From positions 9,033 through 73,032 of the IMG/VR virus record IMGVR_UViG_3300037313_001002: a DNA stretch of 64,000 nucleotides. One strand, written 5' to 3'. Origin of the DNA: a virus (taxonomy: Duplodnaviria > Caudoviricetes). Below, in pieces: positions 1 to 10,189 of the stretch (positions within the stretch are counted from its first letter, which is position 1; every line of letters starts with the position of its first letter). The notes beneath the pieces are model-generated. The model did no database searches. It was not told the DNA's origin and saw nothing but the letters and a program-made list of their open reading frames with translations. Position numbers and translations under genes: made by a program.

Positions 1-214
1 CCGTGGACATCGCCCCGGCAAGCGTTATCATCATTTTACCGCCCTTGTCGATATGTTCAGCGTAAGCCTCTGATGCTTCGACCATCGTCATAGCATTAAA
101 GTGCTTATAGGAATTGACCATAAAACTGCCGATAGCCCCTAACTTGCGTTTTGGCTTTTCAGGTTCCCCGATTTTACGTTCCTGCTGTAACCGTTTTATC
201 TTTGTGATGTCCAT
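1..214 (-). CDS. Deoxyhypusine synthase-family protein (homospermidine-synthase-like), N-terminal part; runs off the left edge
   Basis: Not in the ORF track; translated by hand from ATG 214: MDITKIKRLQQERKIGEPEKPKRKLGAIGSFMVNSYKHFNAMTMVEASEAYAEHIDKGGKMMITLAGAMST. The HFNA...GGKMMITLAGAMST segment is the typical N-terminus of Bacteroidota DHS-family proteins. The start abuts the upstream stop (TAA-ATG). Confidence 0.85.
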   Translation of the reverse strand, partial: MDITKIKRLQQERKIGEPEKPKRKLGAIGSFMVNSYKHFNAMTMVEASEAYAEHIDKGGKMMITLAGAMST

Positions 215-955
215 TTAATGTACTGATGACCTGTAATGTTCTGCCATAGAATTGGCTATAAAAAGAGCTGTACGATATGAGTATAGTCTTTTTACCTTCG
301 TGTACTCACGTTCATAAGCCAACCTGTTATATTGTGCCAAATTCAGGTTTTTACCCGCGTACCACTCGCTCAAAGCGTAGTATTTTAGCGCGTTCCACCA
401 CTCGGTAGGGACAAGCGTCAGCCCATCTATCTGTCCTGAACTCTGATATTCTATGACGATTTCTGCGTCAGGTGGCAGGAGGGAACCAATATATATTTCA
501 CCTTTACCACGGTCGATGTTGTAATATCCATTGCAGTTGTAAACGCCACCCCAACCATAAAGTTCACCAAGCCCTCCATTCCAATAATAGTTGTAAAATA
601 CATATTCGTTCCCCCAAAAGTTACCGTTCCAAATATCGCATAGTTGCCTTTCTGTTTCCTGTTGTGTCAGTAATTTCGGTTGTATGTCGTCATTCAGGCT
701 TAACACCGCTATCCTGCCGTTATGCTTAATGCCCACTTTGGTTTCGTACACAAAGTCCTCCGGTAACTGTATCACGTTATCCACTTCCAAAACAGCCGTT
801 TTTACACAAAAGTCCTGACCTATATACAGATTCATATCCCTGTAACCTGCCAATAACTTTCTTAAAATGGAAAACTTATAGCGTGAATTGGAATCGCCCA
901 AATCTGCCGCTACGTCATCTGCAATTACTTCTATATTGGTTAACGCTTTGCTCAT
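215..955 (-). CDS. Tail ring/tubular (connector) protein, crAss-like gene-74 type
   Basis: 246 aa, third of three similar-sized genes downstream of the capsid module; C-terminal 'VPTEWWNALKYYALSEWY' resembles the P22 gp4/T7 gp11-like ring-protein motif; synteny. Confidence 0.6.
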   Translation of the reverse strand: MSKALTNIEVIADDVAADLGDSNSRYKFSILRKLLAGYRDMNLYIGQDFCVKTAVLEVDNVIQLPEDFVYETKVGIKHNGRIAVLSLNDDIQPKLLTQQETERQLCDIWNGNFWGNEYVFYNYYWNGGLGELYGWGGVYNCNGYYNIDRGKGEIYIGSLLPPDAEIVIEYQSSGQIDGLTLVPTEWWNALKYYALSEWYAGKNLNLAQYNRLAYEREYTKVKRLYSYRTALFIANSMAEHYRSSVH

Positions 956-958
956 TTT

Positions 959-1573
959 TTATTTTACTACATTGACATCACTGCTATCTACTGTTTTATC
1001 TGCCGGGGTTTGTCTTTGTGCACTAAAATGCGCGATACAGATGTCCAAAAACTCCTGTTCCAAGCCTGCCTGTATCGGTAAATCATCGGTATCGGCAAAG
1101 TTTTCAGGCGCAACCAATATCACCACATTCACGCTCGTTGCAAGCGGCGATAAGTTCCATAACTGCGCTACCATACCTGTTCTCCTGTAAAACCGGATAT
1201 TTGGAAACTGCGTCTTATAGAAGTTTATCATCGGCACTTCGCCATCATTTAAAGGGGTGTAGGTATTGCCGCAATTATCTATCACATATCTTATCCCCTG
1301 ATTAGATGGCAATGGAACTACGGTCTTGGGAAAAGTTATGGTTCCTATCCCATTATTCTGCGTTATCGTACAAGTATATGTGCCGTAAAAACTGGAAGGG
1401 AAATCCCTGTCACCCTCTTGCTGCCTGTTAAGGTAATAAGCCTTTGAGGTGACTAAATTATAGGCAACAGGCAAATAAGCGCGTATATCGTCACGCAATA
1501 CATCGCCGTCATCTGTTAATTGACCGCCATTGACCCTGATCGAAATCAGATCGACTGCTACTCCCTGCAACAT
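959..1573 (-). CDS. Tail ring protein (crAss-like)
   Basis: 204 aa; 'DDLPIQAGLEQEFLDICIAHF...PADKTVDSSD' C-terminus resembles crAss-type ring proteins; synteny. Confidence 0.55.
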   Translation of the reverse strand: MLQGVAVDLISIRVNGGQLTDDGDVLRDDIRAYLPVAYNLVTSKAYYLNRQQEGDRDFPSSFYGTYTCTITQNNGIGTITFPKTVVPLPSNQGIRYVIDNCGNTYTPLNDGEVPMINFYKTQFPNIRFYRRTGMVAQLWNLSPLATSVNVVILVAPENFADTDDLPIQAGLEQEFLDICIAHFSAQRQTPADKTVDSSDVNVVK

Positions 1574-2253
1574 TATGCTTGCCCTCCCGTTAATGTACTG
1601 CTGACATAGGCTTCTTTTGGAATACCTAACTGTGAATATTCGTAAATAATCTGGTCTTTACACTCAATACCGAGCATTTCAAGCATGGTGTATTGAAACA
1701 GGTTAAACAGCAAGGGTGACCATACTAAATCCGTCCCTGCCGTTGGTACAATATAATCATAATTCCAGCTTGATTCAGGTGTCAATATGATACTTGCTGT
1801 TGGTGGAACTTTACAGTACAGTATTTTTGACTGTATGGCTATCAAAGGCAACATTTGTATTGCGCCGTCCAAATAATAATAAACCGTCCGGTTTTTGCTT
1901 AAATCGGGTTTCCTCACAAAACTGGTAATATAAACCGGAACTTGGTTCAAAGCTATTTTTTGAGACAGGTAATAAACCCCGTTAATATTTACCCACATCG
2001 TTATCAGCCTGAAATAATCGCTTGGCGTTGAAACAATGCCAAAACTACTGGTAACGGTTTCCTGTGATACGATAAGCCCAAACAGCGCATCCTCTACTTT
2101 ATTACTAATGTCGTAGTTATCGCAAAGGACGTTACATATCCTCGTCTGTGCGGTGGCTAAGTCCCTGTTGAACTCGTCTTGTGTCTGATAGCCTGTAGTT
2201 CCGGTTTTTGCCGTTTGCTGTACTTGGTTCCATAATGCTACTACGCTTATCAT
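1573..2253 (-). CDS. Tail ring/head-tail connector protein (crAss-like)
   Basis: 226 aa; N-terminal 'MISVVALWNQVQQTAKTGTTGYQTQDEFNRDLATAQ' resembles crAss ring proteins; synteny after the gene-75-like ORF. Confidence 0.6.
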   Translation of the reverse strand: MISVVALWNQVQQTAKTGTTGYQTQDEFNRDLATAQTRICNVLCDNYDISNKVEDALFGLIVSQETVTSSFGIVSTPSDYFRLITMWVNINGVYYLSQKIALNQVPVYITSFVRKPDLSKNRTVYYYLDGAIQMLPLIAIQSKILYCKVPPTASIILTPESSWNYDYIVPTAGTDLVWSPLLFNLFQYTMLEMLGIECKDQIIYEYSQLGIPKEAYVSSTLTGGQA

Positions 2254-2268
2254 GCCCTAAAAATAAAT

Positions 2269-2299
2269 AAAAAAACCCGCAAGTTTTTATACCTGCGGG
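2269..2299 (-). terminator. Intrinsic terminator-like hairpin
   Basis: Minus strand CCCGCAGG-loop-CTTGCGGG followed by a T-run. Confidence 0.5.
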
Positions 2300-2329
2300 A
2301 AACCATTAAAAACCTAAATCCACAAATTA

Positions 2330-2626
2330 CTATGATGATGCTTCTGTTGTTTCGGGTGTGGTATCTTCAGTAGCAGGGGGCAACTCCGGTTCTCCTGTCG
2401 GCGGTACGGCTGCGGTATCAACAATTTGCAAGGTTGAACCGTCTGCCTTTAATGCCGCGTTAACCGCTTCAATATTAGCACTCTCAATAGCGTTCACAAC
2501 GGCTGCATTTGCCAGTTCGCCGTTAATGCTGTCCAGTTGTGCCTGTTTTGCTGTAATATCGTCTTTATCTGCCTGTATTTCAGATGTTAGCTGTGCTGCT
2601 TGCGCTTCGAGTGCGGTAGTATCCAT
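2330..2626 (-). CDS. Acidic coiled-coil hypothetical protein
   Basis: 98 aa ORF in the structural operon, Ala/Glu-rich heptads and Pro/Thr tail. Confidence 0.6.
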   Translation of the reverse strand: MDTTALEAQAAQLTSEIQADKDDITAKQAQLDSINGELANAAVVNAIESANIEAVNAALKADGSTLQIVDTAAVPPTGEPELPPATEDTTPETTEASS

Positions 2627-2674
2627 TTCCTGTTTATTTTGAATGACTAAAGATAAATACTTTTTTTGAGTTTT

Positions 2675-3814
2675 TTATACAGGCATTCCAATCTTATTTT
2701 TCATGTTCTGCTCAAACCACTCTTTTGCGCCTTCCTCATCCATACCGGCTTCTATTGCCTTTAAGAATGGTGATATTTTAGTGTTTGGTGGACGCTTCCC
2801 CCCGTTCATCCTTGTCAGGTATAATACCGCTTCGTTGAAGTTGGTTGGCAACGCACCGTTCTTGCCTATACTTTTCAGGTGTTCAGGCACTTCGGTCTGC
2901 CCCAACTTTTCCAACACTTTCTGCGCATTCTCATTAGCGGTCACTTCTGCTTGTAAATTGTTCAACTCGAAGATAAAGTCCTCCAAATGATTTTTGATGT
3001 GAACCTTTAACGCTTCCCTTGCATTGGCGGTCTGCTGCATAACATCGGTAATGGTCTGACCCTGCTTATCGCCTTTTGTCCAAGTCCAGCGTCTTACTGT
3101 ACCTATCTGCTCCATGTGGAAGATGTCCTTATCGATAAAGTGTTCTATCTTGCCATCTATCATGGTTAGTTGCTGGTTCTTTTTCTCGATGTATAGCTTC
3201 GGATTCTTGGAAGCGTAGTCCATCAGTTCAGCCGTAATCTCTCTTTCGGACTTCATGTCGATTCCGGCTATTCCCAAGCCTTTAGCAAGGATAATTTGGT
3301 TCAACCCTGTAATCATCTTAGCATGTACCAAAGCCTCACCTAAAGCGTCCAGATCGCTTACTTTCTTATCTGCCCTTGCCTGATAGTCTACAAACTCAAA
3401 GGCTGCTTTAGTTCCTTTATGGAACGGGGAATGCTCGCTGTCGGGGTGCAAAGCTGCAAATACTGCCAAATCCAAATCCTCGGATAGCTGCATACCCTCC
3501 CCGTCAAAAATAACACGTGGTGGCTGATAATCCCACCCGTCCTTTTCTTTGGAGTACTTACGGGTAGCTGCATAGCGTATCTCCATAGGCATCTGCGTTT
3601 TCTTGTCCTCTATCCAAAAACGGGCAAGCCTGTTGTAGCCTGCGTTATAACGCTTTTTACCGCCGTTAATAGCATCAATAAATACCCTTTTACCCTCAAA
3701 TTCAGGTCTTTTAACAACCTTTTTGTAAAATTCTTCTCCATCCCATTCCGGGGTAGTGAATTTCCTGCATAACTCCTGACGGCTGATTAGCGTGTCATCT
3801 ATGTAAAGTCCCAT
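2675..3814 (-). CDS. Conserved capsid-module protein (crAss gene-75-like)
   Basis: 379 aa, downstream of MCP in the TerL-portal-77-MCP-75-ring order; assignment mainly by synteny. Confidence 0.5.
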   Translation of the reverse strand: MGLYIDDTLISRQELCRKFTTPEWDGEEFYKKVVKRPEFEGKRVFIDAINGGKKRYNAGYNRLARFWIEDKKTQMPMEIRYAATRKYSKEKDGWDYQPPRVIFDGEGMQLSEDLDLAVFAALHPDSEHSPFHKGTKAAFEFVDYQARADKKVSDLDALGEALVHAKMITGLNQIILAKGLGIAGIDMKSEREITAELMDYASKNPKLYIEKKNQQLTMIDGKIEHFIDKDIFHMEQIGTVRRWTWTKGDKQGQTITDVMQQTANAREALKVHIKNHLEDFIFELNNLQAEVTANENAQKVLEKLGQTEVPEHLKSIGKNGALPTNFNEAVLYLTRMNGGKRPPNTKISPFLKAIEAGMDEEGAKEWFEQNMKNKIGMPV

Positions 3815-3962
3815 TCTCTATAAGTTTAATTTCTTGTTTTGTTTGAAATATTTTCTCCTGAATAGCCAACCGTATAAACGCTTCTATCGAAGTCCCCTTG
3901 TTCTTTTTTAAGTCCACAAGAAAACTGAAATCTTCGTCATCTATATCAATCAACTTTTTCAT
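3795..3962 (-). CDS. Small ribbon-helix-helix-like DNA-binding protein (55 aa)
   Basis: Hand-translated MKKLIDIDDEDFSFLVDLKKNKGTSIEAFIRLAIQEKIF...; beta-helix-helix pattern; TATATTTG promoter box just upstream. Confidence 0.55.
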   Translation of the reverse strand: MKKLIDIDDEDFSFLVDLKKNKGTSIEAFIRLAIQEKIFQTKQEIKLIENGTLHR

Positions 3963-4244
3963 TGCTCAAATATAGATATATGTTTTCATATATTTTTTCG
4001 GTAAAACAAAACGTTGAGAAATCGGTTATTAAATCATGCAAATCGTACCAATCTATATATGGTTATCTACGATAGTATTTACCATTATAACCATTTTACC
4101 CTTTACAGCACCAATATTTCAGTTCCATTGGGCTATAAGGGCTTTGTGTGCCGTTTTAATGATTATCGGTTGGGTAATTATCATCAAAAATTTTATCCAT
4201 TAAAAAAGCCCCGAATCAATTAAGAAACTGGGCTTCGATGTAAA

Positions 4245-4793
4245 TTATTCGAGATAACGACCGCTTATACCGTTATCTTCATAAAACTGTTTCAAATCAT
4301 TAAAAGCTTCTTCTTCGGTTTTAAAGCCAAATCTACGTTCATGTTTTCCTTTGAAAAATATAGCCCACCGCCAAGTAACGCAAGTTCTATTTTTTCTCAT
4401 AGAAACACCTTTAAACCTGCTGCTTTTATTTTTTCTTGAAGCCAATTGTCCATGCAGTGTATTCTCATGATGCGTAGACCATTCAAGATTAGTGTAATGG
4501 CAATTATTTCTGTTACCATCCAAATGATTAACCTCTGGTTTACTTTCGGGATTTGGTACAAAATACATAGCAACTAATCTATGTATGGGAAATATTTTTT
4601 CATTGCCATTTTTATCAAAAAGTCTCACTTTGATATATCGTGATGACTTAGTAACTTTGGCATTAGGACTCAGTATCCTATGCAACTTAAACTTTGTGGA
4701 CTTAACCCGCCCACAATTACTGATTTCGTACAGCCCAACGTACCCTGCGATAGACTTCCATTCTTCGCCGGGTAAATTTTCAATTAATTTCAT
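4245..4793 (-). CDS. NUMOD4-HNH homing endonuclease with C-terminal AP2-like DNA-binding segment
   Basis: EEWKSIAGYVGLYEISNCGRVKS (NUMOD4), HRLVA...EVNHLDGNRNNCHYTNLEW (HNH), SSRFKGVS...W (AP2-like). Confidence 0.9.
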   Translation of the reverse strand: MKLIENLPGEEWKSIAGYVGLYEISNCGRVKSTKFKLHRILSPNAKVTKSSRYIKVRLFDKNGNEKIFPIHRLVAMYFVPNPESKPEVNHLDGNRNNCHYTNLEWSTHHENTLHGQLASRKNKSSRFKGVSMRKNRTCVTWRWAIFFKGKHERRFGFKTEEEAFNDLKQFYEDNGISGRYLE

Positions 4794-4875
4794 AATAAAA
4801 AAACCTGTAAGCTTTAAATGCCTACAGGTTTTAAATATATGTAATGTTTCCTAATAAATCAAATTTATTTTTTAT

Positions 4876-6417
4876 TTATAGCGTCATTGACTCAGGGTGG
4901 CCTAAAATAAACGAGGAACCCAAAGCAAAATGTGGGGCAATCTCAGACCTCAAGAACAACAACTGAACGTCATCTGCTATTGATTTGGAGAAAATTGCTT
5001 TCATCTCACCTGCGCTTGTGATAGCGCGCCCATTGCCTGCACCCCCAATCATCCATACTTCGTTCTCACGGCTATAACCGTCTGTGCCACGATATTCGTA
5101 ACCAACATAAGGCACACCCTGTGCGTCTGAATCGGATGCTTTACCGAAAGGTGAAGCGATGAACACGTCCTTGTAGCCTACTGCGCCTGCTCCTTGAGCA
5201 TTAGAAAATTCTTCTGCCTTAGTTTGCAGGAAAGTGAAGTTGCCTACGCGGAATCCGTCGATACCCAAATTAATGAACATGCCCTCGGTATCGAAGCCGT
5301 TATCGAGCGATTTAGCGCGTGTGATAGCATCTCCCATGTACCTGTCAGAAACACCTGCTACCCAAGAGTAGTTGATGATGTCGGCGAAATACTTTTGGAA
5401 GGCGATATTTACGTTATATCCCTCGAACAGCATGATTTCCGAAGTGGTCACGCGGATGTCGTTGTAATAACCCGAAATAGCAAACAGGTCGTCAATGGTC
5501 AGATTGTTAGGGTCATAAGCAAAGTCATAGCCCCATTTCCTTGCAAAGTCTACCAAGCCTTCTGTGCCCTGTATAGGTGCTGTTCCGGTGTAAGTAGATG
5601 TGCCTGTCCAGTTTGTCGCCTGTGAACCGAACATGAAGATATTGCCTTTCTGCATTTCGTGGCGCATTTCTTCATCCTTAACACCTTCCAAGTAAAGCAG
5701 GTTGCTTCCGGGAACTGGCTGAAAACGAACCTCGGTGGTCATGTTCGTACCTGTTACCAAGTTGGTTTCCTTGCAAATCGCAAAGGTGTTTTGGTATTTG
5801 TATTGCAGCAAGCGCAGGCTGTCAGGTTGCGCTGTACCTTCCGCAAACATGGTCGATACGTAGAACAGTTTTGTTCCCGTGGTAATATCGGCCAATGCGG
5901 TTGCGCCTGTGTTTACCTGTACGGTGATATAGTGCAAAGCAGGGTTGGTGGTAGTGTCTTTGGCGGTTACCAGATACTTGTTACCGTTACCTATTCCCCA
6001 AACCTCACCCGGACGCGGACGTGAATAATATACGGTTGCCCCGGCGTAGTTGACTTCCTGATCCATCTGGTCTGATGTCAGCGCAAACTGGATCGTGTTG
6101 CCTGATGGGTTGGAGATTATCGAACCTACGATCATCACCATGTTGGGACGTGGCTTTTCGTAGTGTTGTGTAACCGGGCCTTGTACGGCGCGGCTCATGT
6201 TCAGTCTTCCGAATTTAAAAGCCCTGATTTTTGCTAAGGTCGAAACAGGGTAGCCTGCCTGCTTAAAGTAGGTAGGCAAGATTTGGGGGTTATCGGCTAA
6301 TAGCGCAGACCCCAAAATAAAGACATCACCATAACCGCCATCGACCGCGGTTGGCGGGTTAATTCCGGTGTTTACATTACCCTTTTCTAATTGAGGGTTT
6401 AATCCTTGATATGGCAT
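4876..6417 (-). CDS. Major capsid protein (crAss-like, HK97 fold)
   Basis: 513 aa downstream of the portal and gene-77-like ORF; 'QICKE..VTGT', 'GTEGLVDFARKWG' and 'LRSEIAPHF' patterns and size fit crAss-like MCPs. Confidence 0.8.
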   Translation of the reverse strand: MPYQGLNPQLEKGNVNTGINPPTAVDGGYGDVFILGSALLADNPQILPTYFKQAGYPVSTLAKIRAFKFGRLNMSRAVQGPVTQHYEKPRPNMVMIVGSIISNPSGNTIQFALTSDQMDQEVNYAGATVYYSRPRPGEVWGIGNGNKYLVTAKDTTTNPALHYITVQVNTGATALADITTGTKLFYVSTMFAEGTAQPDSLRLLQYKYQNTFAICKETNLVTGTNMTTEVRFQPVPGSNLLYLEGVKDEEMRHEMQKGNIFMFGSQATNWTGTSTYTGTAPIQGTEGLVDFARKWGYDFAYDPNNLTIDDLFAISGYYNDIRVTTSEIMLFEGYNVNIAFQKYFADIINYSWVAGVSDRYMGDAITRAKSLDNGFDTEGMFINLGIDGFRVGNFTFLQTKAEEFSNAQGAGAVGYKDVFIASPFGKASDSDAQGVPYVGYEYRGTDGYSRENEVWMIGGAGNGRAITSAGEMKAIFSKSIADDVQLLFLRSEIAPHFALGSSFILGHPESMTL

Positions 6418-6471
6418 TTTTTTAAAGTTTTAAAAGTTGTTGACTAATTTGGGTTAACTTTTAAAACAACC

Positions 6472-7623
6472 TTAGTTTGTTGGCATTCCTGCTATTCTCC
6501 TTTCAAAGTCATAACGTGCTTTGTCAAGATTTTCTGTCGGTGTATGCACTTCGGCACTCTTAGGTAAGCCTGATTTATTTTCATATTTGTTTACAGCTTT
6601 CTCCCATGCGTTGGCGTATGCCTGCTCGTATATTTTTTGAGCGACCTGCGGAAAATTCTGGTCAAGGTAATTGGCGTTTATAGCCCTGAATGCCTGTCCT
6701 ATCGTTTCCTGATTGATTTGGGTCATGCCATCGCTGAAATAGTCGAACAATAAATTGCCCATGTTCTTTTTAAAGTCGTCCGGGTAATCAAAAGCCATCT
6801 TGAACTCATCGCCGTCCTTTATTTTGAACGTGAGTTCGCCCATGCCTTTCAGTTCCTTTGTGATTTGAGGGACTGTCTGTTTAACATAATCGTCGTGCTG
6901 CTTTTGCGCAGCTTGCTGCTGTAAAAGAACTTCTTCGGTTGCTACGGCTTTCGGCGTTGACATATCCGTTTTATAGTCATTCAACGCTTTCTTATCCTGC
7001 TCTGCCGATATGCGCAAACGTTCTTCCATTATCTTGCGTTCGGGGCTGTCTGCCTCGTAGTCGTCAAGCGGGAAGTCCTGCGCCAACTGCAATTTGGCAA
7101 TATCCTCTTTCCACCCGTCTACCAACACCATTTTGGCTAATTTGGCATCAAGTGGGTTTAAGTCGTTTATATTGCCAACGCGGTTAATCTTATGAAAATT
7201 ATCAATTTGCTCCTGTGAAGCTCCCGAAGCTAAGAGTTCGTTTATCTTTTTAGCGTACTGGTTAACAAAGGGGTCTTTTTCTGCCTTTTCTTTGAGGCTG
7301 TCCCTCTCCCTTATCACCTCATCGTAACTGCTGAATTTAGGTAAATTACTCTTAAACTCATCGGTTGTCTTAAATATACCACCGGACGCTTCCGCTATGA
7401 ACTTGTCAAAGTCGGGTGCTTCGGTGGTAGGTGCTGCGGTCTCTGCCGCCGCTACTGGCTCTTGATTACCAGTTGGCGTTTCTGTAGCCTGAACCATCTC
7501 GGTTGCTGGCGTTGCTTCGGTCTGAACGGGTGGTGCAGGGTCAACCATCTCGGTTGCCTGCTTACTATTTAGTTCAGCCTCTTTTGTCAGAATGCCTATT
7601 AACTGTTGGTCTACTGAATCCAT
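6472..7623 (-). CDS. Putative scaffold/capsid-associated protein (crAss gene-77-like)
   Basis: 383 aa acidic, low-complexity N-terminus then helical body, located between portal and MCP. Confidence 0.6.
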   Translation of the reverse strand: MDSVDQQLIGILTKEAELNSKQATEMVDPAPPVQTEATPATEMVQATETPTGNQEPVAAAETAAPTTEAPDFDKFIAEASGGIFKTTDEFKSNLPKFSSYDEVIRERDSLKEKAEKDPFVNQYAKKINELLASGASQEQIDNFHKINRVGNINDLNPLDAKLAKMVLVDGWKEDIAKLQLAQDFPLDDYEADSPERKIMEERLRISAEQDKKALNDYKTDMSTPKAVATEEVLLQQQAAQKQHDDYVKQTVPQITKELKGMGELTFKIKDGDEFKMAFDYPDDFKKNMGNLLFDYFSDGMTQINQETIGQAFRAINANYLDQNFPQVAQKIYEQAYANAWEKAVNKYENKSGLPKSAEVHTPTENLDKARYDFERRIAGMPTN

Positions 7624-7657
7624 ATTGCAATTATAAGTTATTTTATCTGATATTTTT

Positions 7658-10153
7658 TTATGCTACCTGTTGAGTGGGTTGTTGCGGTGGGTTTCCTTGT
7701 GCCTCACCCATTGTTTCCGGTGGCGTTACCGGGGGTGGGTTTAATATCTGCTGTATCTTTTGGTTGTTTTCCTCTACTTGTTGCCCTACCTGTTCACCGC
7801 TAATGGGCTGCTCTGCCTTGTTCTTACCTTTCATGTATTCTGCCATTAAGGTCTTATTCTCGGCAAAGTAACCTTTCAGTAATTGTGTTATCGCTTCGTT
7901 ATGACCATCCAATTGCGCTTTGGTAACGATATTGGCTTGGTCTCCCTGCTGCTTCATCTGTGCCGATTGCTGTTGCAATTGTGCGTTGTTCTGGTAATCC
8001 TGCTGTTTCTGCTGTGCCATCATAGCTGTTTTCTTCTGCTGTATTTGCGCCATGACGTACATGGCTTCGCGGATATTACCCGATAAGATACGGTCGTAAA
8101 TGAACATAAACTCGGCAGGATTTAAGCCCTGCTGACCACCAGACTGGTCGCCCAACGCCTTTTGCTGCGTGATAGAAGCCAACAGTTCTTTCTTCTGCTC
8201 ATCATTGATACCTAACTGTATGTCGATATTAAATTCAGCATTAGAGAAGTCTTTACCGATTTCCAGTATTTTCATAGACTTTACGCCCAATGGAGAGAAC
8301 CCTATCTTCATACCGTGGTCTGATGCTACTATCTGCCATTTCTTGACAATATCGTCAAAAGCGTTCCTAAAAAGGTAACTATATGAATTAAATGTCGGAT
8401 AAAGTGCGGCGTTAGAAGCTGCCATTGATAGTTGCGTCTTACCTAACCCGTCATATTGTTGAGGTGTGGAACCGTCTGTCCCTTGCGGGATACCTAAAAC
8501 CTCGCGTATCTCGTTGACCTTTTCGGCTATAATATTGCCGTAAGTCTGCAAAACACCGATTATTTTTGTTATATCCAAAAACTCTATGGGCTTTTGACCG
8601 CCTGCCATATAAAGCGGTTTTCCCTGATCGTCAAGACCGTTATAGTACAAAATACCCCTTTCCTGCAATACCGTTAAAATATCTTCGGGTTGTTGCTTTT
8701 TACCGTTCAGGAATACGTTTTCTATCAGGTCTTTTTGAATGGCTATACCCGGTGCTGCGGGGACGGTGGCAAGCGTATTACGCTGTTTAATGATAGCTAA
8801 GTCAATATCGTCTATCAGCGCGATACAGCGTTCCACCAAAGAGGCATTGCCTGTCTTAACAAAGAAAAAGTCCAGTTTGGGAACCTTGTTACCATCAGGG
8901 CCATAGTACACTACATCCTGACACACGCCGTAATTTAAAAACAGGTCTGTGCCTATCACCCACTGCGCTTCGTATTTTCTGATAACATTTTTGCGAATAA
9001 CCTCATCACCGTTTTTCTTGCTCTTATCGTCCTGATTAAAGTAAAATGGTATTTCTTTGTAAAAAACAGAACCGTCTGAACGCTGATTTTTCAAGTTGGT
9101 TTCAATATCGGCTGACAGCCATTGCGCATCAAGTACCATTATCCTTACCCTGCTGATAGGGTCAAGGTCGATGACATTCGGTGCGTTAAAGCGATTATTG
9201 GCTAAGAATAAGGTTGATGCGGTATTAAAGTTAAATCCCTGATTATACCATTGAAAACTTTCCGCTAAATACAAAAGGTCGTTTGCTGAAAGATTAGGGT
9301 TTTCTTTCCAAGCATCCGCAATCGTCATTATCCTGATTTCCGCTGCTCTCGTATTATCGGAAAAGTCATTTATCTCTGAATAAGGGATAATACACCTGTC
9401 AATCCAGCATTTGCGTATTTTAGGAAGTTTGGTTGACTTTTCTATGTAGGTTTTCCATCCGGTAAGACCAACGGTTATCAGGTCATCAAAAGTAGCATCC
9501 TGCGTCACCTTATAATTGGAAACCATTTTTGTCTTTTGGCAGGCTGCAACACAAGCTATTTCCCTTTGCGTAGAATAACCGCCAGTTTCAAAATAAAGGT
9601 CAACATCGTTTTGCGATTGAATGCCCATCGCCTTTGGGTTCATATTTTGCGGCAGTTTATGACCTGTCGCTTGCAGAAACGCCTGTGTAGCAGGGTGAAT
9701 AAGGTATTTAAGCATCTCCCGGTCTGCCTCTTTAGTGGCTAAGCTATCCTCATCTATACAGGTTACGTCAACATCATACTCCGTTTGCATGTTGCGCTGA
9801 CGGATAATGTCAAACATTTTTGACATCAGGTAATAGGTATCCCACGAAATGTTCATTTTGGTGGGATAAGTGCCATCCGGCTGACGCTTTTTTGCGCCTA
9901 TGACCGTATCTTTAAGTTTATTGGAAGATTGCTGACCTGTGGCATAAGCCCTTAAAGTGGCAAATGAACGTTTCTGACCGAACTCGAAAGGGATATAACA
10001 ATAGTTATTAACAAAATCCGCAATTAGACTTTCGCAAACATTTTGATACCATTGCTTCTGCTGTTTTAATGCAGGGTCAATATTATCAGATGGTGTAGGA
10101 TACTGATACCGTTTACCCTTATAGTCCTCAAGTTTTTTATATTCTCTTGCCAT
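7658..10153 (-). CDS. Portal protein (crAss-like)
   Basis: 831 aa right after TerL; 'LRAYATGQQS', 'REIACVAA', 'NEIREVLGIP..TDGSTP' motifs and a Gln-rich barrel-like C-terminus. Confidence 0.85.
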   Translation of the reverse strand: MAREYKKLEDYKGKRYQYPTPSDNIDPALKQQKQWYQNVCESLIADFVNNYCYIPFEFGQKRSFATLRAYATGQQSSNKLKDTVIGAKKRQPDGTYPTKMNISWDTYYLMSKMFDIIRQRNMQTEYDVDVTCIDEDSLATKEADREMLKYLIHPATQAFLQATGHKLPQNMNPKAMGIQSQNDVDLYFETGGYSTQREIACVAACQKTKMVSNYKVTQDATFDDLITVGLTGWKTYIEKSTKLPKIRKCWIDRCIIPYSEINDFSDNTRAAEIRIMTIADAWKENPNLSANDLLYLAESFQWYNQGFNFNTASTLFLANNRFNAPNVIDLDPISRVRIMVLDAQWLSADIETNLKNQRSDGSVFYKEIPFYFNQDDKSKKNGDEVIRKNVIRKYEAQWVIGTDLFLNYGVCQDVVYYGPDGNKVPKLDFFFVKTGNASLVERCIALIDDIDLAIIKQRNTLATVPAAPGIAIQKDLIENVFLNGKKQQPEDILTVLQERGILYYNGLDDQGKPLYMAGGQKPIEFLDITKIIGVLQTYGNIIAEKVNEIREVLGIPQGTDGSTPQQYDGLGKTQLSMAASNAALYPTFNSYSYLFRNAFDDIVKKWQIVASDHGMKIGFSPLGVKSMKILEIGKDFSNAEFNIDIQLGINDEQKKELLASITQQKALGDQSGGQQGLNPAEFMFIYDRILSGNIREAMYVMAQIQQKKTAMMAQQKQQDYQNNAQLQQQSAQMKQQGDQANIVTKAQLDGHNEAITQLLKGYFAENKTLMAEYMKGKNKAEQPISGEQVGQQVEENNQKIQQILNPPPVTPPETMGEAQGNPPQQPTQQVA

Positions 10154-10189
10154 TTAACGGTAAAGATAATAAGTTATCACACATAATTT

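Noticed and set aside
4245-4793. Group I intron around the HNH gene
   Set aside because: The flanking MCP and gene-75-like ORFs look complete, so it appears free-standing.
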